Below the pieces are notes generated by a model that saw nothing but the letters and a program-made list of their open reading frames with translations, was not told the DNA's origin and did no database searches. From an uncultured Flavobacteriales bacterium (lineage in GTDB: Bacteria; Bacteroidota; Bacteroidia; Flavobacteriales_D; JABDKJ01): 60,504 bases of DNA. A program made the position numbers and the translations under genes. Every line of letters starts with the position of its first letter. Positions within the stretch are counted from its first letter, which is position 1. Shown here one piece after another: positions 29,479 through 39,878 of this stretch. Location: positions 1 to 60,504 of the forward strand of contig CALFHF010000144.1 of assembly GCA_937875855.1 (NCBI GenBank). Reading direction: 5' to 3'.

Positions 29479-31680
29479 TTAGAATCCAAGAACTTCAAAT
29501 TCAGTTCTCCGATTCTGTTCATGTTCCTCTTCAGAACATACCTTATCATTTACGCATCCATTACGAAGGACAGATTCTCCATAGCCTTTTCCGAATATCC
29601 TACAGTCCTTAACCCCTTTGGAAACGATATATTCCGCTGCAGCCTTTGCGCGCTTATCACTCAAGGCCAAATTGAATTTGGCACTACCACGCGCATCAGT
29701 ATGTGAACGTAATTCAATTTTTACAGTAGGATTATCCTCCATCATCTTGACTAAATTATCCAACTCCGTTTTCGCATCTTCACGCACCACGAACTTGTTA
29801 TAATCATAATAAATGTCATCAATAACTATCGATTTCTCCATCACGATTTCCTCGAAGAGTAGGTTCACGTATCGGTCGATATCAATAATACCAGGAGCCA
29901 TTCCTTTAGTGGTAAATACACCACTTCTTGCGAACCAGCCTTCTTTCATCACGACCAATTTATAATCGGTTTCTGATAAAAGGTTGAATTGCATTTTTCC
30001 ATCTTTCCCCGTTTCAATTGTCTTTGCCAATTCTCCGGTTTTTGCATTGTATAATGAAGCTATGAATCCTTTAACTGGAGTCATATCTAATTTATTCAAA
30101 ATGGTTCCTTGTGCTAAATACTCTAGCTCGACTAATTCTATAACCCCCGTTTCATAGAGAGTCAATCTGTTGTCGCAATACTCGATCGTATGGACTTCCT
30201 TGGAGAATTCTTGACTGTTTGTGATCTCCACGCGATACCGACACTTATCTGGAATAAGTGAGAAGTCAAACGCACCATCTACATCCACTTTGCTTTCAAA
30301 AAGAAGATTCGCATCATCATCATAGATTCTTGCGATGGAACCATCTAGAAAACTCAGGCCCCCTGAAGCCCTAACTTTTACTCGAATAGAGATAGTTGGA
30401 TTAAATTGAAAATAATAAATATCGTCCTGAATAGACCCGTTATCTGCTCTGTTAGAGCACACGTACCCAGACTCATTCCCTGGATCTAAACACGGACCGA
30501 AATCATCTTTCCTACTATTGATAGGAAATCCCATGTTTGTAGGCCTCATCCAGCTATGGCTCTTCATGACTGACTTGAATATGTCAAGACCACCTGCTCC
30601 AGCATGACCTGTAGATGAGAAATATAATACCCCATCCTCTGAAACGTAAGGGAAGCATTCTTCCCCTTCCGTATTAATGACAGTGCCCAAGTTAACGGGA
30701 GTACTCCATTTTCCATCAACACGTGTTATAGAATAGATGTCCGTTTCTCCAAACCCTCCATCCCTGTTAGAAGCAAAATAAAGTGTGTTTCCATCAGGTG
30801 AGATGGCCGGATGAGCATTGGAAAAATCATCACTGTTGATTGGTAATTCTTCAACTCTGCCAAAAATTCCTCCGTCCAACTTAGAAACATAGAGCTTCAA
30901 GTTGACTTTACCATTCTGATCAAGTACCGGCTTACCTTTTTCAACGTTATTCCGCGTGATAAATAGCTCTCCTGTTGCCTTAGAGAAACTTACAGGTCCA
31001 TCATGAAATTTAGAGTTTACTCCACCATCAACCCAGTCTTCAAGCACCAATTCGTTATCAGAAGTCCTACTGAAGGAATATACATCCAAGTACATATCCT
31101 GTTCTCTAGCTTTTCTATTGTACTTCTCACCTAACTCTGGATTAGCGACACCCACATAGGAAATTAAATACTTGCTGTTACATTTTGTAATTCCAAACTC
31201 CTGATTAGGAGTATTCACTCGAAGTGATTTAATTTTATAATCTGCTGAGTCTTTGTAGAAATCTTTCAAAAATTCAGGGTTTTCTAACTGATAGGCTGCT
31301 CTTCTATCATCAGGTATTCGCAGATTGTATTTTCTGTACCACTTTATGGCTTCATCATATTCCCCTTCATACTTAAGTGCTTCAGCGAAATAGAGCATAT
31401 CTATAGCACTGCTATCATCTTTATTTAACGCTTTTTTATACCACACCATAGATTCTTTCATGTTACCCAACATACGGTGGGTCACGGCTATTTTACGAGC
31501 CACTAACGGATTCTGAATAAGCTGTTCATTATATGCGAACTCATATGCCATAAGGGCATATCCATATTCATAATTTTCAAAGAAATAATCACCCTTTTTA
31601 ATTTGAGCAACCCCTAGCAAAGGGATGATCAACATTAAAAAGATTATGGAGTATTTGTACCTCTGATTCATAGCAATCAT
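29479..31680 (-). CDS. OmpA-family protein with TPR, PD40/TolB-like beta-propeller and OmpA C-terminal domains
   Basis: 733 aa. Signal peptide, TPR-like N-terminus, PD40-like repeats (SPDGNTLYFASNRDGGFGETDIY). C-terminal peptidoglycan-binding OmpA motif (ELRSHTDARGSAKFNLALSDKRA...NRRTEF). Confidence 0.85.
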   Translation of the reverse strand: MIAMNQRYKYSIIFLMLIIPLLGVAQIKKGDYFFENYEYGYALMAYEFAYNEQLIQNPLVARKIAVTHRMLGNMKESMVWYKKALNKDDSSAIDMLYFAEALKYEGEYDEAIKWYRKYNLRIPDDRRAAYQLENPEFLKDFYKDSADYKIKSLRVNTPNQEFGITKCNSKYLISYVGVANPELGEKYNRKAREQDMYLDVYSFSRTSDNELVLEDWVDGGVNSKFHDGPVSFSKATGELFITRNNVEKGKPVLDQNGKVNLKLYVSKLDGGIFGRVEELPINSDDFSNAHPAISPDGNTLYFASNRDGGFGETDIYSITRVDGKWSTPVNLGTVINTEGEECFPYVSEDGVLYFSSTGHAGAGGLDIFKSVMKSHSWMRPTNMGFPINSRKDDFGPCLDPGNESGYVCSNRADNGSIQDDIYYFQFNPTISIRVKVRASGGLSFLDGSIARIYDDDANLLFESKVDVDGAFDFSLIPDKCRYRVEITNSQEFSKEVHTIEYCDNRLTLYETGVIELVELEYLAQGTILNKLDMTPVKGFIASLYNAKTGELAKTIETGKDGKMQFNLLSETDYKLVVMKEGWFARSGVFTTKGMAPGIIDIDRYVNLLFEEIVMEKSIVIDDIYYDYNKFVVREDAKTELDNLVKMMEDNPTVKIELRSHTDARGSAKFNLALSDKRAKAAAEYIVSKGVKDCRIFGKGYGESVLRNGCVNDKVCSEEEHEQNRRTEFEVLGF

Positions 31681-31707
31681 TAAAACTTAATTGGCAATAT
31701 TGTTTTT

Positions 31708-32670
31708 TCAGAACCGTCTAGGGTAGACCATTCGTTTGCTAAATGTCTTCATGTCATAGGTTATGCCTATCTCATGACTTCCTAGGTTAGTGCTGATGAG
31801 CGCATTAGCTGCAACATCAAAGCTATATCCCACTTTCAATTTTTCACTCACCTGCATCTGGAGCATCACCCCTCCTGCTTCAGCTAGGGTGTAAAATCCT
31901 CCAAGTCTCCATTTAGACCTCATCAAGAAGCTCCCATAAAGCCCTATAGATAATGGGGCCCCCATGGTAGTTTTCGTCAGAATAGCCGGTTGAAAATCAA
32001 GCCACATGTTGCAATGGAAATTATATCCACCCATGAAATAATACGTAGGAGCAGTTCTACCGCGAATAGTATTATACGTTTCTAAATTATTATTGTCTAT
32101 TCTGTTTTTAAAAAGTCTTGGACTTGATATTCCTATGAAATAGTCCTCGCTATGATAATATGCTCCAGCCCCAAAATTTAAAATAAGCTCGCTAGATGCG
32201 TCATAGGAGAAGTTAATATCCTCTTGCCCGAATCTCCCTGAAGCAAGCTCTAATCCGGTGAAGTTTGCTTGAAAAAGGCCAACATATCCTTTTAACCCGA
32301 AACTCAACTGAGCATTTCTATTCACATAAAATCTGTAGGCAACATTACCTGACAATGAAAGCTCACTCGTGGGCCCTATATTATCATGCATTATAGTTCC
32401 ACCGAAAGCCATTTCTTTATTACGTGGTAAAGCCATGTCAAAACTCAAGTTATTGGTAGTTGGGGCACCTTTAAAGCCCACCCATTGACTTCTATGGTCG
32501 ATCGTGAAGCTCTGCACTTCTTTATATCCGGTATATCCAGGATTTACTGTGAGTGTATTCAGGATGAACTGTGCATTCATGGCTTCTTGCTGAGCTAACG
32601 AGTGCACAGCAAAGCTTGCAATCATGATGAACACGGCACACAAATTATAATATCTCCTCCTCTTATCCAC
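31708..32670 (-). CDS. PorP/SprF-family type IX secretion system outer-membrane protein
   Basis: 320 aa. N-terminal signature QQEAMNAQFILNTLTVNPGYTGY...HRSQWVGFKGAPTT typical of PorP/SprF, with a beta-barrel-like remainder. Located directly downstream of a type B CTD cargo gene. Confidence 0.85.
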   Translation of the reverse strand: MDKRRRYYNLCAVFIMIASFAVHSLAQQEAMNAQFILNTLTVNPGYTGYKEVQSFTIDHRSQWVGFKGAPTTNNLSFDMALPRNKEMAFGGTIMHDNIGPTSELSLSGNVAYRFYVNRNAQLSFGLKGYVGLFQANFTGLELASGRFGQEDINFSYDASSELILNFGAGAYYHSEDYFIGISSPRLFKNRIDNNNLETYNTIRGRTAPTYYFMGGYNFHCNMWLDFQPAILTKTTMGAPLSIGLYGSFLMRSKWRLGGFYTLAEAGGVMLQMQVSEKLKVGYSFDVAANALISTNLGSHEIGITYDMKTFSKRMVYPRRF

Positions 32671-32688
32671 AGCGTTTAATAACTCGTT

Positions 32689-35600
32689 CTACCTAGGGTT
32701 TATATATATGAACCCCTTTATCGGTCTTATTCTTGAATCATGAAGGTCCAGGACGTAGTAATACGTTCCTCGGGGTAATTTCGTTTCACCAATGGTCATG
32801 GACGCTTCAGACATACCGTTCCAATCATTCTGATAATCCTTGCGTTCAAATACTTTATGTCCCCATCTGTTGAAAATTCTCAGTTCATTATTCGGGTATT
32901 GCCTTATACCGAGGATGTATAACACATCATTGACACCATCGCCATTGGGTGAGAATCCTTCAGGTACAAATACTGTAGGATAACAGTCTACAAATATGGA
33001 GACCGTTGCTGTGTCTGTAGCCCCATATTCATCCATAAGAACATAGACTACAGAATCCAATCCGCAGAAATTATCAGGGATATTATAGTAGATTATGGAA
33101 TCATCTAGCTGAACTAGAGCGCTGCCATGGAGGATATGTTTAATATGAATTTCATCCCCATCTATATCATAGTCGTTATCCATGATATCGATTTCTAGAA
33201 TATCATTCGACTCAAAAACTATGATGGTGTCATTCTCAGCCAAAGGCGGTGTGTTCACTAAGACTTGGAATGAGCAGGTGTCCATGTTCCCATTAAGGTC
33301 AACTGCAGCAAATACGATTTGTGTATACCCATGATCGAAATCAGATTCACTGGTTGGTCCTTCAATGAGGATAAGCTCTGCAGAGCAGTTATCAGCATAG
33401 GCTGGTAGCTCATATACAACCATGCTGTCTGTTTGATTCATGTCTTGAGGACATGTAATGACAGGGGCTTCTTCATCAGACACCGTCACTTGGAAATTAC
33501 ACTGGGCCGAATTGCCATTTACATCAAAGACCATATAAGACACAACCGTTGACCCTACATTGAACAGAGCCCCAGGTGATGGACCTTCCAAGAGGATGGG
33601 AACATTAACATCACAATTATCAGATACAAATGGCAATGAGTAGGGCACATATGCATCACAGATGCCAAGATCGTTAGATGCAGAAATATCTTCAGGACAC
33701 TCTATAATAGGTGCTTCGTCATCACTCACAGAAATAGTCGTTTGACACATACTGCTGTATCCTGTTATATCAGTCACCAACCACGTAACTATGGTCTCTC
33801 CTACTGGATAGAATGTTGAAGCATCATTGGTTCCTTTGTAATCATTAGTGACCGAGACAATACTACATGGGTTTTCAAGGAAAACTGTTGGAACACTTAT
33901 CTCTGCGCCACAGGCTCCAGGGTCATTGCCGCTCGTGATGTCATTAGGACATACTATTTCGGGTGCTCCGGGAGTCTCCACTGTGACAGTCATTATACAC
34001 GCACTTTCATTTCCATAGATATCTGAAACATGCCATGTTGCTTGTGTTGCTCCTAGTGGATATACACCTGATGCGTCTGCTGTAGTATTGAAACTATTCC
34101 AGAAGCTAAACACTCCGCAATTATCAGATGTCACTGGTGCTCCAATAGTGATGTACGCCTCACATTCATTATACGCTGAAACAAACGTCAAATCGTCTGG
34201 ACATTCTATCTCAGGTAATTCTTCATCAAACACATTGACCTGAAAAGCGCACAATGTTGTGTTTCCTGCTTCATCACTAATCGTCCATATAACGGTAGTC
34301 ATACCCACCGGGAAAATCGCTGGTGAATCATTTATCATTGAGGTTGAACCGCAATTATCGATCACTACTGGCTCTTGAACAGTATACGCTGCTCCACAGA
34401 TTCCAGGATCAGAGATTAAGGTGACATCACTAGGACATGAAACAACAATAGGCGATTGGGTATCAAAGACGTCAATATCAAAACAGTAGTCGGTTATATT
34501 CCCACTTGTATCCGTGGCTTGATAGCAGAGCGTAGTCGTTCCCAAAGGGAAAATACTTCCGCTGCTTAATCCTGTTCCATCCGTTTGAACAATTGTGCTT
34601 CCTGAACAATTATCATTTACTGAAGGATTTGTGTAATTCACTTGTGCACTGCATTCGCCAGGAATGTGCATAATGATAATCTCTGTTGAGTCAGTTAGCA
34701 CAGGAGCTTCATTATCAATTACTTCAACTGTGAAACTGCAGAGTGAAGTGTTCCCTCCAACGTCTGAAATTTCAAATATGTTCAAGGTTATTCCAACTGG
34801 GAATTCAGAACCGCTGGCTAGCCCATCAATCAACGTGATGGTCACTGTGCTGCATGAATCCATTGCTGTTGGAGGATTATAGGTATAAACTCCTCCGCAT
34901 AGACCTGGATCATTATTCAAGGAAACATCTGGAGGACATGTTTGCACGATAGGCGCATAATCATCAAAGACAACTATGACTTGAGTGCATGTCACTGAAT
35001 TTCCAGCGTCATCAGTGATTGTCCAGATAACATCCGTATATCCGACTGGATAGTATGCTGGAGTATCGTTAGTTATCGTTATTGAACCGCAAGGGTCATT
35101 CGCTGTCGGCTCTTCTAATGTCACCAAGACACCATCGATACCGCATTCACCTGCTGTTGCTGCTAACACGGTATCGGCAGGGCAAGCTGATATGATAGGA
35201 GCTTCAGAGTCTGTGATGGTCACTGACTGTGTGCATGAAGTCGTATTGCTAAAGCCATCAGATATAGTCCAAATTACTATGGTTTCTCCTACTGGGAAAT
35301 AAGCAGGACTATCATTGGTTATCACTAAGAATCCGCAGGCATCAGTCGCATTCATAGTTCCTAAATCCACAAGTGCATTGTCGATACCACATTCATTCAA
35401 TTCAGCAGTTAATGTAGCAGCAACGGGACATTCTATAATTACAGGAGCTTCACTATCCACTACTTCAACTTCCTGAATACAGGTAGTAGTATTTCCATTC
35501 CTGTCCGTGATTGTCCAGGTCACTATGGTTATCCCTACTGGGAAAATTACTGGTGCATTGTTAGAGATGGTCATGATCCCACAAGGGTCATTGGCCGTTG

Positions 35601-37203
35601 CATTTCCAAGGCTTACATTGGAGAGAGATGTTCCACATTCTCCAGGATCAGTATCCACACTAATGTTTGAAGGACACGAAGTAATTACTGGACCCTCGCT
35701 ATCAAAGATCTCTATTACCTGAGTACAATAAGTTTCATTTCCTGCACCATCAGATATCGTCCATATCACGTTAGTCAGTCCTACCGCATAATAGTAGGGG
35801 TCATCATTACTAATGGCCATGCTTCCGCATGGATCCATAGCAACGGGTTGTTCAAGAACAATCAGGGATCCATTTATTCCGCATTCTCCTAAAGTCGCAG
35901 TAATCAAAGTATCTGCAGGGCAGCTCATAATACTTGGAGCTTCATCATCCGTCACGATTACAGTCTGCACACATGTGCTCACACTACCACTGTTATATGT
36001 AACTGTCCACGTGACCAAAGTTGTATCCGCAGGATATACATCACTGGCATCGCTCGTGTTGTTATAATCATTGATTGCACTTGCAATTCCATCATTGCCA
36101 GTGGGACTAGGAAGAGGGACGTTGACATAGGTTTCGCACGCTCCTAGACTTGCGCTTTTGCTAATGTCATCAGGACACCCTTGATCAGGGAAAGTGTCAT
36201 CCTGAATACTCACCGTCATGCTACATTGACTGCTATTTTCATTGACATCAACAACTGTCCACACCACTATTGACGTTCCTAAATGGTATTGTCCGCTGGC
36301 ATTAAAGGTTCCATTGAAGTTATTCATTACTGAAGCCATGCCACAATTATCTCCAGTTGTCGGAGATTGGACAACAACAGTTCCAAAGGCGAGTCCTAAA
36401 TCAGCCTGCTGAGTGATCTTAGCAGGACATGTAAGGCTTGGATTTTCATTGTCTTGAACTGTAACTGTTGCCGAAAAAGAATCCATATTTCCTGATGGAT
36501 CAGCAATTGTAAGCACAACGTCATGGATTCCGATATCAAAACAGTCGAATGAAGTAATATCAAGTGCATAGCCTGATATAGAACAATTATCAGAAGAACC
36601 GTTATCGACAGGCGAAGGTATAAGCGTTACTTGTCCAAGAGTATTCAAATAAACATCAAGACCAGCACGAATACATTGAGAGATCGAATCAGCGCTTTTT
36701 GCTACGTTACTGTCCACTGCACAATCATCCGTATTTCCATGAACATCTTGAACGAGCAAGGTGACTTTGTAAGTTCCTATGGCTGTATAGGTGTTAGGGC
36801 TTATTGAAAGATGGCAAATACCAGGACCGTTATCAGCGCTATTGACACTATCAACCAAGTCATTCGGGTTCAAACCCACAGCGACATGAGGTTCCTTGTT
36901 ATTCACTGTAATAGTAAAATTACAGACCAAAGTATTTTCTACTGCATCCTTAGCAGTGTTTTGTAATGCTCTACTACCCACAAGGAGTGTGCTTCCTGAA
37001 TTAAGGCCTGTTCCATCTGCCTTGGTGTCATTAATGGCTGAGATGACAATCCCAATGCTGGTTAAAGCTGTATTCCAATCTCCATTCTGAGCCGAGGATA
37101 TCACAGCAGCCTCTCCTTTGAAGGGTAGAATGGTGCATGCCATCAGCATGGACATACCGATTATGGCGCTGTTTATTTGGTCAGTATAGATCCTCACATT
37201 CAA
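32689..37203 (-). CDS. Giant HYR-repeat cell-surface protein with T9SS type B (gliding-motility-associated) C-terminal sorting domain
   Basis: 1504 aa with about 13 HYR-like modules, then a D-rich cadherin/VCBS-like module. C-terminus FVPEGFSPNGDGVNDVLYI...IFNRWGHKVF...WNG...GTYYYVL. The start is uncertain (TTG at 37203 or ATG at 37155). Confidence 0.85.
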   Translation of the reverse strand: MNVRIYTDQINSAIIGMSMLMACTILPFKGEAAVISSAQNGDWNTALTSIGIVISAINDTKADGTGLNSGSTLLVGSRALQNTAKDAVENTLVCNFTITVNNKEPHVAVGLNPNDLVDSVNSADNGPGICHLSISPNTYTAIGTYKVTLLVQDVHGNTDDCAVDSNVAKSADSISQCIRAGLDVYLNTLGQVTLIPSPVDNGSSDNCSISGYALDITSFDCFDIGIHDVVLTIADPSGNMDSFSATVTVQDNENPSLTCPAKITQQADLGLAFGTVVVQSPTTGDNCGMASVMNNFNGTFNASGQYHLGTSIVVWTVVDVNENSSQCSMTVSIQDDTFPDQGCPDDISKSASLGACETYVNVPLPSPTGNDGIASAINDYNNTSDASDVYPADTTLVTWTVTYNSGSVSTCVQTVIVTDDEAPSIMSCPADTLITATLGECGINGSLIVLEQPVAMDPCGSMAISNDDPYYYAVGLTNVIWTISDGAGNETYCTQVIEIFDSEGPVITSCPSNISVDTDPGECGTSLSNVSLGNATANDPCGIMTISNNAPVIFPVGITIVTWTITDRNGNTTTCIQEVEVVDSEAPVIIECPVAATLTAELNECGIDNALVDLGTMNATDACGFLVITNDSPAYFPVGETIVIWTISDGFSNTTSCTQSVTITDSEAPIISACPADTVLAATAGECGIDGVLVTLEEPTANDPCGSITITNDTPAYYPVGYTDVIWTITDDAGNSVTCTQVIVVFDDYAPIVQTCPPDVSLNNDPGLCGGVYTYNPPTAMDSCSTVTITLIDGLASGSEFPVGITLNIFEISDVGGNTSLCSFTVEVIDNEAPVLTDSTEIIIMHIPGECSAQVNYTNPSVNDNCSGSTIVQTDGTGLSSGSIFPLGTTTLCYQATDTSGNITDYCFDIDVFDTQSPIVVSCPSDVTLISDPGICGAAYTVQEPVVIDNCGSTSMINDSPAIFPVGMTTVIWTISDEAGNTTLCAFQVNVFDEELPEIECPDDLTFVSAYNECEAYITIGAPVTSDNCGVFSFWNSFNTTADASGVYPLGATQATWHVSDIYGNESACIMTVTVETPGAPEIVCPNDITSGNDPGACGAEISVPTVFLENPCSIVSVTNDYKGTNDASTFYPVGETIVTWLVTDITGYSSMCQTTISVSDDEAPIIECPEDISASNDLGICDAYVPYSLPFVSDNCDVNVPILLEGPSPGALFNVGSTVVSYMVFDVNGNSAQCNFQVTVSDEEAPVITCPQDMNQTDSMVVYELPAYADNCSAELILIEGPTSESDFDHGYTQIVFAAVDLNGNMDTCSFQVLVNTPPLAENDTIIVFESNDILEIDIMDNDYDIDGDEIHIKHILHGSALVQLDDSIIYYNIPDNFCGLDSVVYVLMDEYGATDTATVSIFVDCYPTVFVPEGFSPNGDGVNDVLYILGIRQYPNNELRIFNRWGHKVFERKDYQNDWNGMSEASMTIGETKLPRGTYYYVLDLHDSRIRPIKGFIYINPR
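33238..36435 (-). repeat. About 13 tandem ~82-aa HYR-like modules (protein-level repeats)
   Basis: Recurring pattern CP.D......G.CG......P.A.D.CG......ND.P..FPVG.T.V.WT..D..GN...C.Q.V.V.D.EAP.I, counted by eye. The DNA copies are diverged. Confidence 0.75.
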
Positions 37204-37327
37204 TAGATTTGCAATCAGGCAGTCGTGTCCTCATCTTTATTTCTTAGACGCCCTCCTAATTCAACCTATTTATACGCCTCATGACTCCAACTTGTTGCGT
37301 TTCATCGATGCATCTGCTCGATCATCC

Positions 37328-37335
37328 TACCTTTG
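37328..37335 (+). promoter_or_regulatory. Candidate -7 box TACCTTTG upstream of purD
   Basis: TAnnTTTG match 22 nt upstream of the ATG at 37357. Confidence 0.3.
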
Positions 37336-37356
37336 AGGTCTAAACGCTACAATTCC

Positions 37357-38649
37357 ATGAACGTTCTTTTATTAGGCTCGGGAGGCAGGGAACACGCCAT
37401 CGCGTGGTCAATCGCCAAAAGCCCTTTACTTACAGAACTTTTTATTGCGCCTGGTAATCCTGGAACAGCTCAACATGGCAAGAATCTGTTAATAGATACA
37501 GAGGATAATTCGGCCATAGTGACCTTCTGTTCGGAGCGTGACATCAACTTGTTGATCGTGGGGCCTGAGGCTCCATTGGTGAATGGCGTGCATGACGCCA
37601 TTTTAAATGACCCAAGGACGAAGGACATTACAGTCATTGGTCCACAGAAAGCGGGAGCCATGCTGGAAGGGAGCAAGGATTTCTCCAAGCAGTTCATGCT
37701 GCGTCATGGAGTTCCCACAGCCGCCTATAAGACCTTTGAAGCCACAACCCTGAATCAAGGGCTTGCCTTCTTGGAGACCCTCTCTCCACCTTATGTGCTG
37801 AAGTGTGATGGGCTTGCCGCTGGCAAGGGCGTCCTCATAGAGCCTACTTTGGAGAAAGCGAAATCCTCATTAAAAAACATCTTGGAAGATGGAAGCTTTG
37901 GGGCGGCCGGAGCCAAAGTGGTCATCGAGGAATTCTTAGATGGCACTGAGCTCTCAACCTTCATCCTCACGGATGGAAAGGACTACCTCCTCCTTCCCAC
38001 AGCAAAAGACTATAAGTGCGTAGGCGAAGGTGATACAGGATTGAATACTGGAGGAATGGGGGCCCTGTCTCCTGCCCCAGTTGCCGATGAAGCCTTCATG
38101 AGGAAGGTGAAGGAGAAGGTCATAGCCCGAAGTCTGAAAGGCCTTCAAAAAGAAGGCATCCCATATAAAGGCTTCCTATTCATAGGGCTTATGCGTGTAG
38201 GAGATGAACCTAAGGTCATAGAGTATAATGTGAGAATGGGTGATCCAGAGACTGAGGCTGTCCTTCCTTTGATAGAATCAGATTTATTAGCTCATTTCAA
38301 AGCACTTGGAGAAGGAAAACTAAGTCGAGAAGAGATGATAATTTCTTCTAAATGCTCAACCACTGTAATGATGGTATCGGGCGGATATCCTGAATCCTAT
38401 GAGAAAGGCAAGAAGATTTATGGCTTAAATGAGATAGGGCCTGAGTCCATGGTGTTTCAAGCTGGAACTAAAGAGATGAATGGAGAAATCTTCAGCTCAG
38501 GAGGTAGAGTACTCACTGTAACAAGTGTAGAAGAAACGTTATCGGGAGCCTTGGCCAAGTCATATAGAAACTTGAACAAGCTGAGTTTTGAAAACAGTTA
38601 TTATAGAAAGGACATTGGCTATGAACTTGCCAATGCTAGGGAAGATTAG
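37357..38649 (+). CDS. purD: Phosphoribosylamine--glycine ligase
   Basis: Trimmed to MNVLLLGSGGREHAIAW. ATP-grasp motifs throughout (GLAAGKGV, EEFLDG, EYNVRMGDPE). Confidence 0.95.
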   Translation: MNVLLLGSGGREHAIAWSIAKSPLLTELFIAPGNPGTAQHGKNLLIDTEDNSAIVTFCSERDINLLIVGPEAPLVNGVHDAILNDPRTKDITVIGPQKAGAMLEGSKDFSKQFMLRHGVPTAAYKTFEATTLNQGLAFLETLSPPYVLKCDGLAAGKGVLIEPTLEKAKSSLKNILEDGSFGAAGAKVVIEEFLDGTELSTFILTDGKDYLLLPTAKDYKCVGEGDTGLNTGGMGALSPAPVADEAFMRKVKEKVIARSLKGLQKEGIPYKGFLFIGLMRVGDEPKVIEYNVRMGDPETEAVLPLIESDLLAHFKALGEGKLSREEMIISSKCSTTVMMVSGGYPESYEKGKKIYGLNEIGPESMVFQAGTKEMNGEIFSSGGRVLTVTSVEETLSGALAKSYRNLNKLSFENSYYRKDIGYELANARED

Positions 38650-38825
38650 ATTAATCTACCTGCTTCTTTATCCTCACGGCTATACTTCTTTTGAAGATTG
38701 AGCCAATAGAACAGTCCTACGAAACCGAGGATAATGAACAGATAATTAGGAATATTTCCTAGAGCAATCAAAATGCCAAAGGTCGATTGAAAAAAATCAC
38801 CAAGTGAGTATGCTAGTTCCGTCAT
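38646..38825 (-). CDS. Small (59 aa) single-pass membrane protein, absent from the ORF track
   Basis: Hand translation of the minus strand gives MTELAYSLGDFFQSTFGILIALGNIPNYLFIILGFVGLFYWLNLQKKYSREDKEAGRLI*. It has a hydrophobic core followed by a charged tail. It resembles a small conserved flavobacterial membrane protein family (possibly DUF6341; from recall, unverified). Confidence 0.55.
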   Translation of the reverse strand: MTELAYSLGDFFQSTFGILIALGNIPNYLFIILGFVGLFYWLNLQKKYSREDKEAGRLI

Positions 38826-38884
38826 AACGAAGAAGGATTATTTAACGAGGCAAAACTAATGATAATATTGTCCTTTGTCACCAT

Positions 38885-39832
38885 ATGCTGAAAGACCTTT
38901 ATAGATGTTCCCCATTACCCTGGTTAATTACTGCGCTGGTCTTTGCTATCGTGATATGGGCTGGACCATTCCTAGCCAGCTCAGGAATGGAAGGGGTAGG
39001 AGCATTTGGGTTTAGTCATTCAGTAAAGCAAACACTAAGTCTGTTCTTAATCATATTAAACGTCTTCCTCTTCAGAAAGTTCATTGATATGACTAGTATC
39101 TTGAAGACTGGAGAGCGCCTCTCCATGTATCCTCTTATACTTCTTTCTAGCCTCTGTTTAGTGGGTATGAATGGTATCATCGAACTCTTGGCCATAAGCT
39201 TGCAGCTCCTCGTTCTGATAAGGACATTCAATGGCATAGCTACTGGGTCACTAGGACGTGCAGCTTTCGATAGTGGATTAATCATGGCTTTTGCTTCACT
39301 GCTCAATCCCGTTTACGCTTTCCTGCTCATTATATTTATTGCCATAGCTTTTATTCATGCCATGCTGAACATCAAAGTTTTGCTGATTTCACTGATAGGA
39401 CTTGCTGTGCCTTTTCTCATATACTCACAAGTCGCATACCTCCTAGAATTCCCAATGATTCCAGCGGTTATGATTAGAGAAAGGGGGTCAATGCCAGCAA
39501 CTTCTCAAGGAAATCTATTCTTGATCTTCTTCCTCTTGGTATTAATCGGAGTCCTTCTTTACAACTTGTACCTTTCCTTCTCAGTCATGGGCACAGGTCA
39601 AGTAAGAAGGAGAATGCTAATCCGTTCAGGTTTTTCTATGCTTGGAATAACTATAGCATTGGGGTTTTTATCAAGCCTAACTGGATATGGACCATCCCCC
39701 CACCTTGCCATGATTCCTGGTCTTTGCATCTTATGCTTGGAATTCATGAAGAATCATAAATCGAAATGGGAATCCTATCTATTCTTGGCTTGGGCAGGTA
39801 TGACCTTAGCCTTTGTGTGGCTTGCCTCATGA
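38885..39832 (+). CDS. Polytopic membrane protein of unknown function (possibly DUF6427-like)
   Basis: 315 aa with about 9 hydrophobic segments and no catalytic motif recognised. Confidence 0.6.
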   Translation: MLKDLYRCSPLPWLITALVFAIVIWAGPFLASSGMEGVGAFGFSHSVKQTLSLFLIILNVFLFRKFIDMTSILKTGERLSMYPLILLSSLCLVGMNGIIELLAISLQLLVLIRTFNGIATGSLGRAAFDSGLIMAFASLLNPVYAFLLIIFIAIAFIHAMLNIKVLLISLIGLAVPFLIYSQVAYLLEFPMIPAVMIRERGSMPATSQGNLFLIFFLLVLIGVLLYNLYLSFSVMGTGQVRRRMLIRSGFSMLGITIALGFLSSLTGYGPSPHLAMIPGLCILCLEFMKNHKSKWESYLFLAWAGMTLAFVWLAS

Positions 39833-39878
39833 TTGCACATAAAGGCTAACTTTACGGCCTCAAACTAAAGAAGTCAAA

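Noticed and set aside
33238-36435. Regular ~250-nt periodicity that could suggest a CRISPR-like or satellite array
   Set aside because: The periodicity is at the protein-domain level (HYR modules) inside one uninterrupted 1504-aa ORF. There are no short identical direct repeats with unique spacers.
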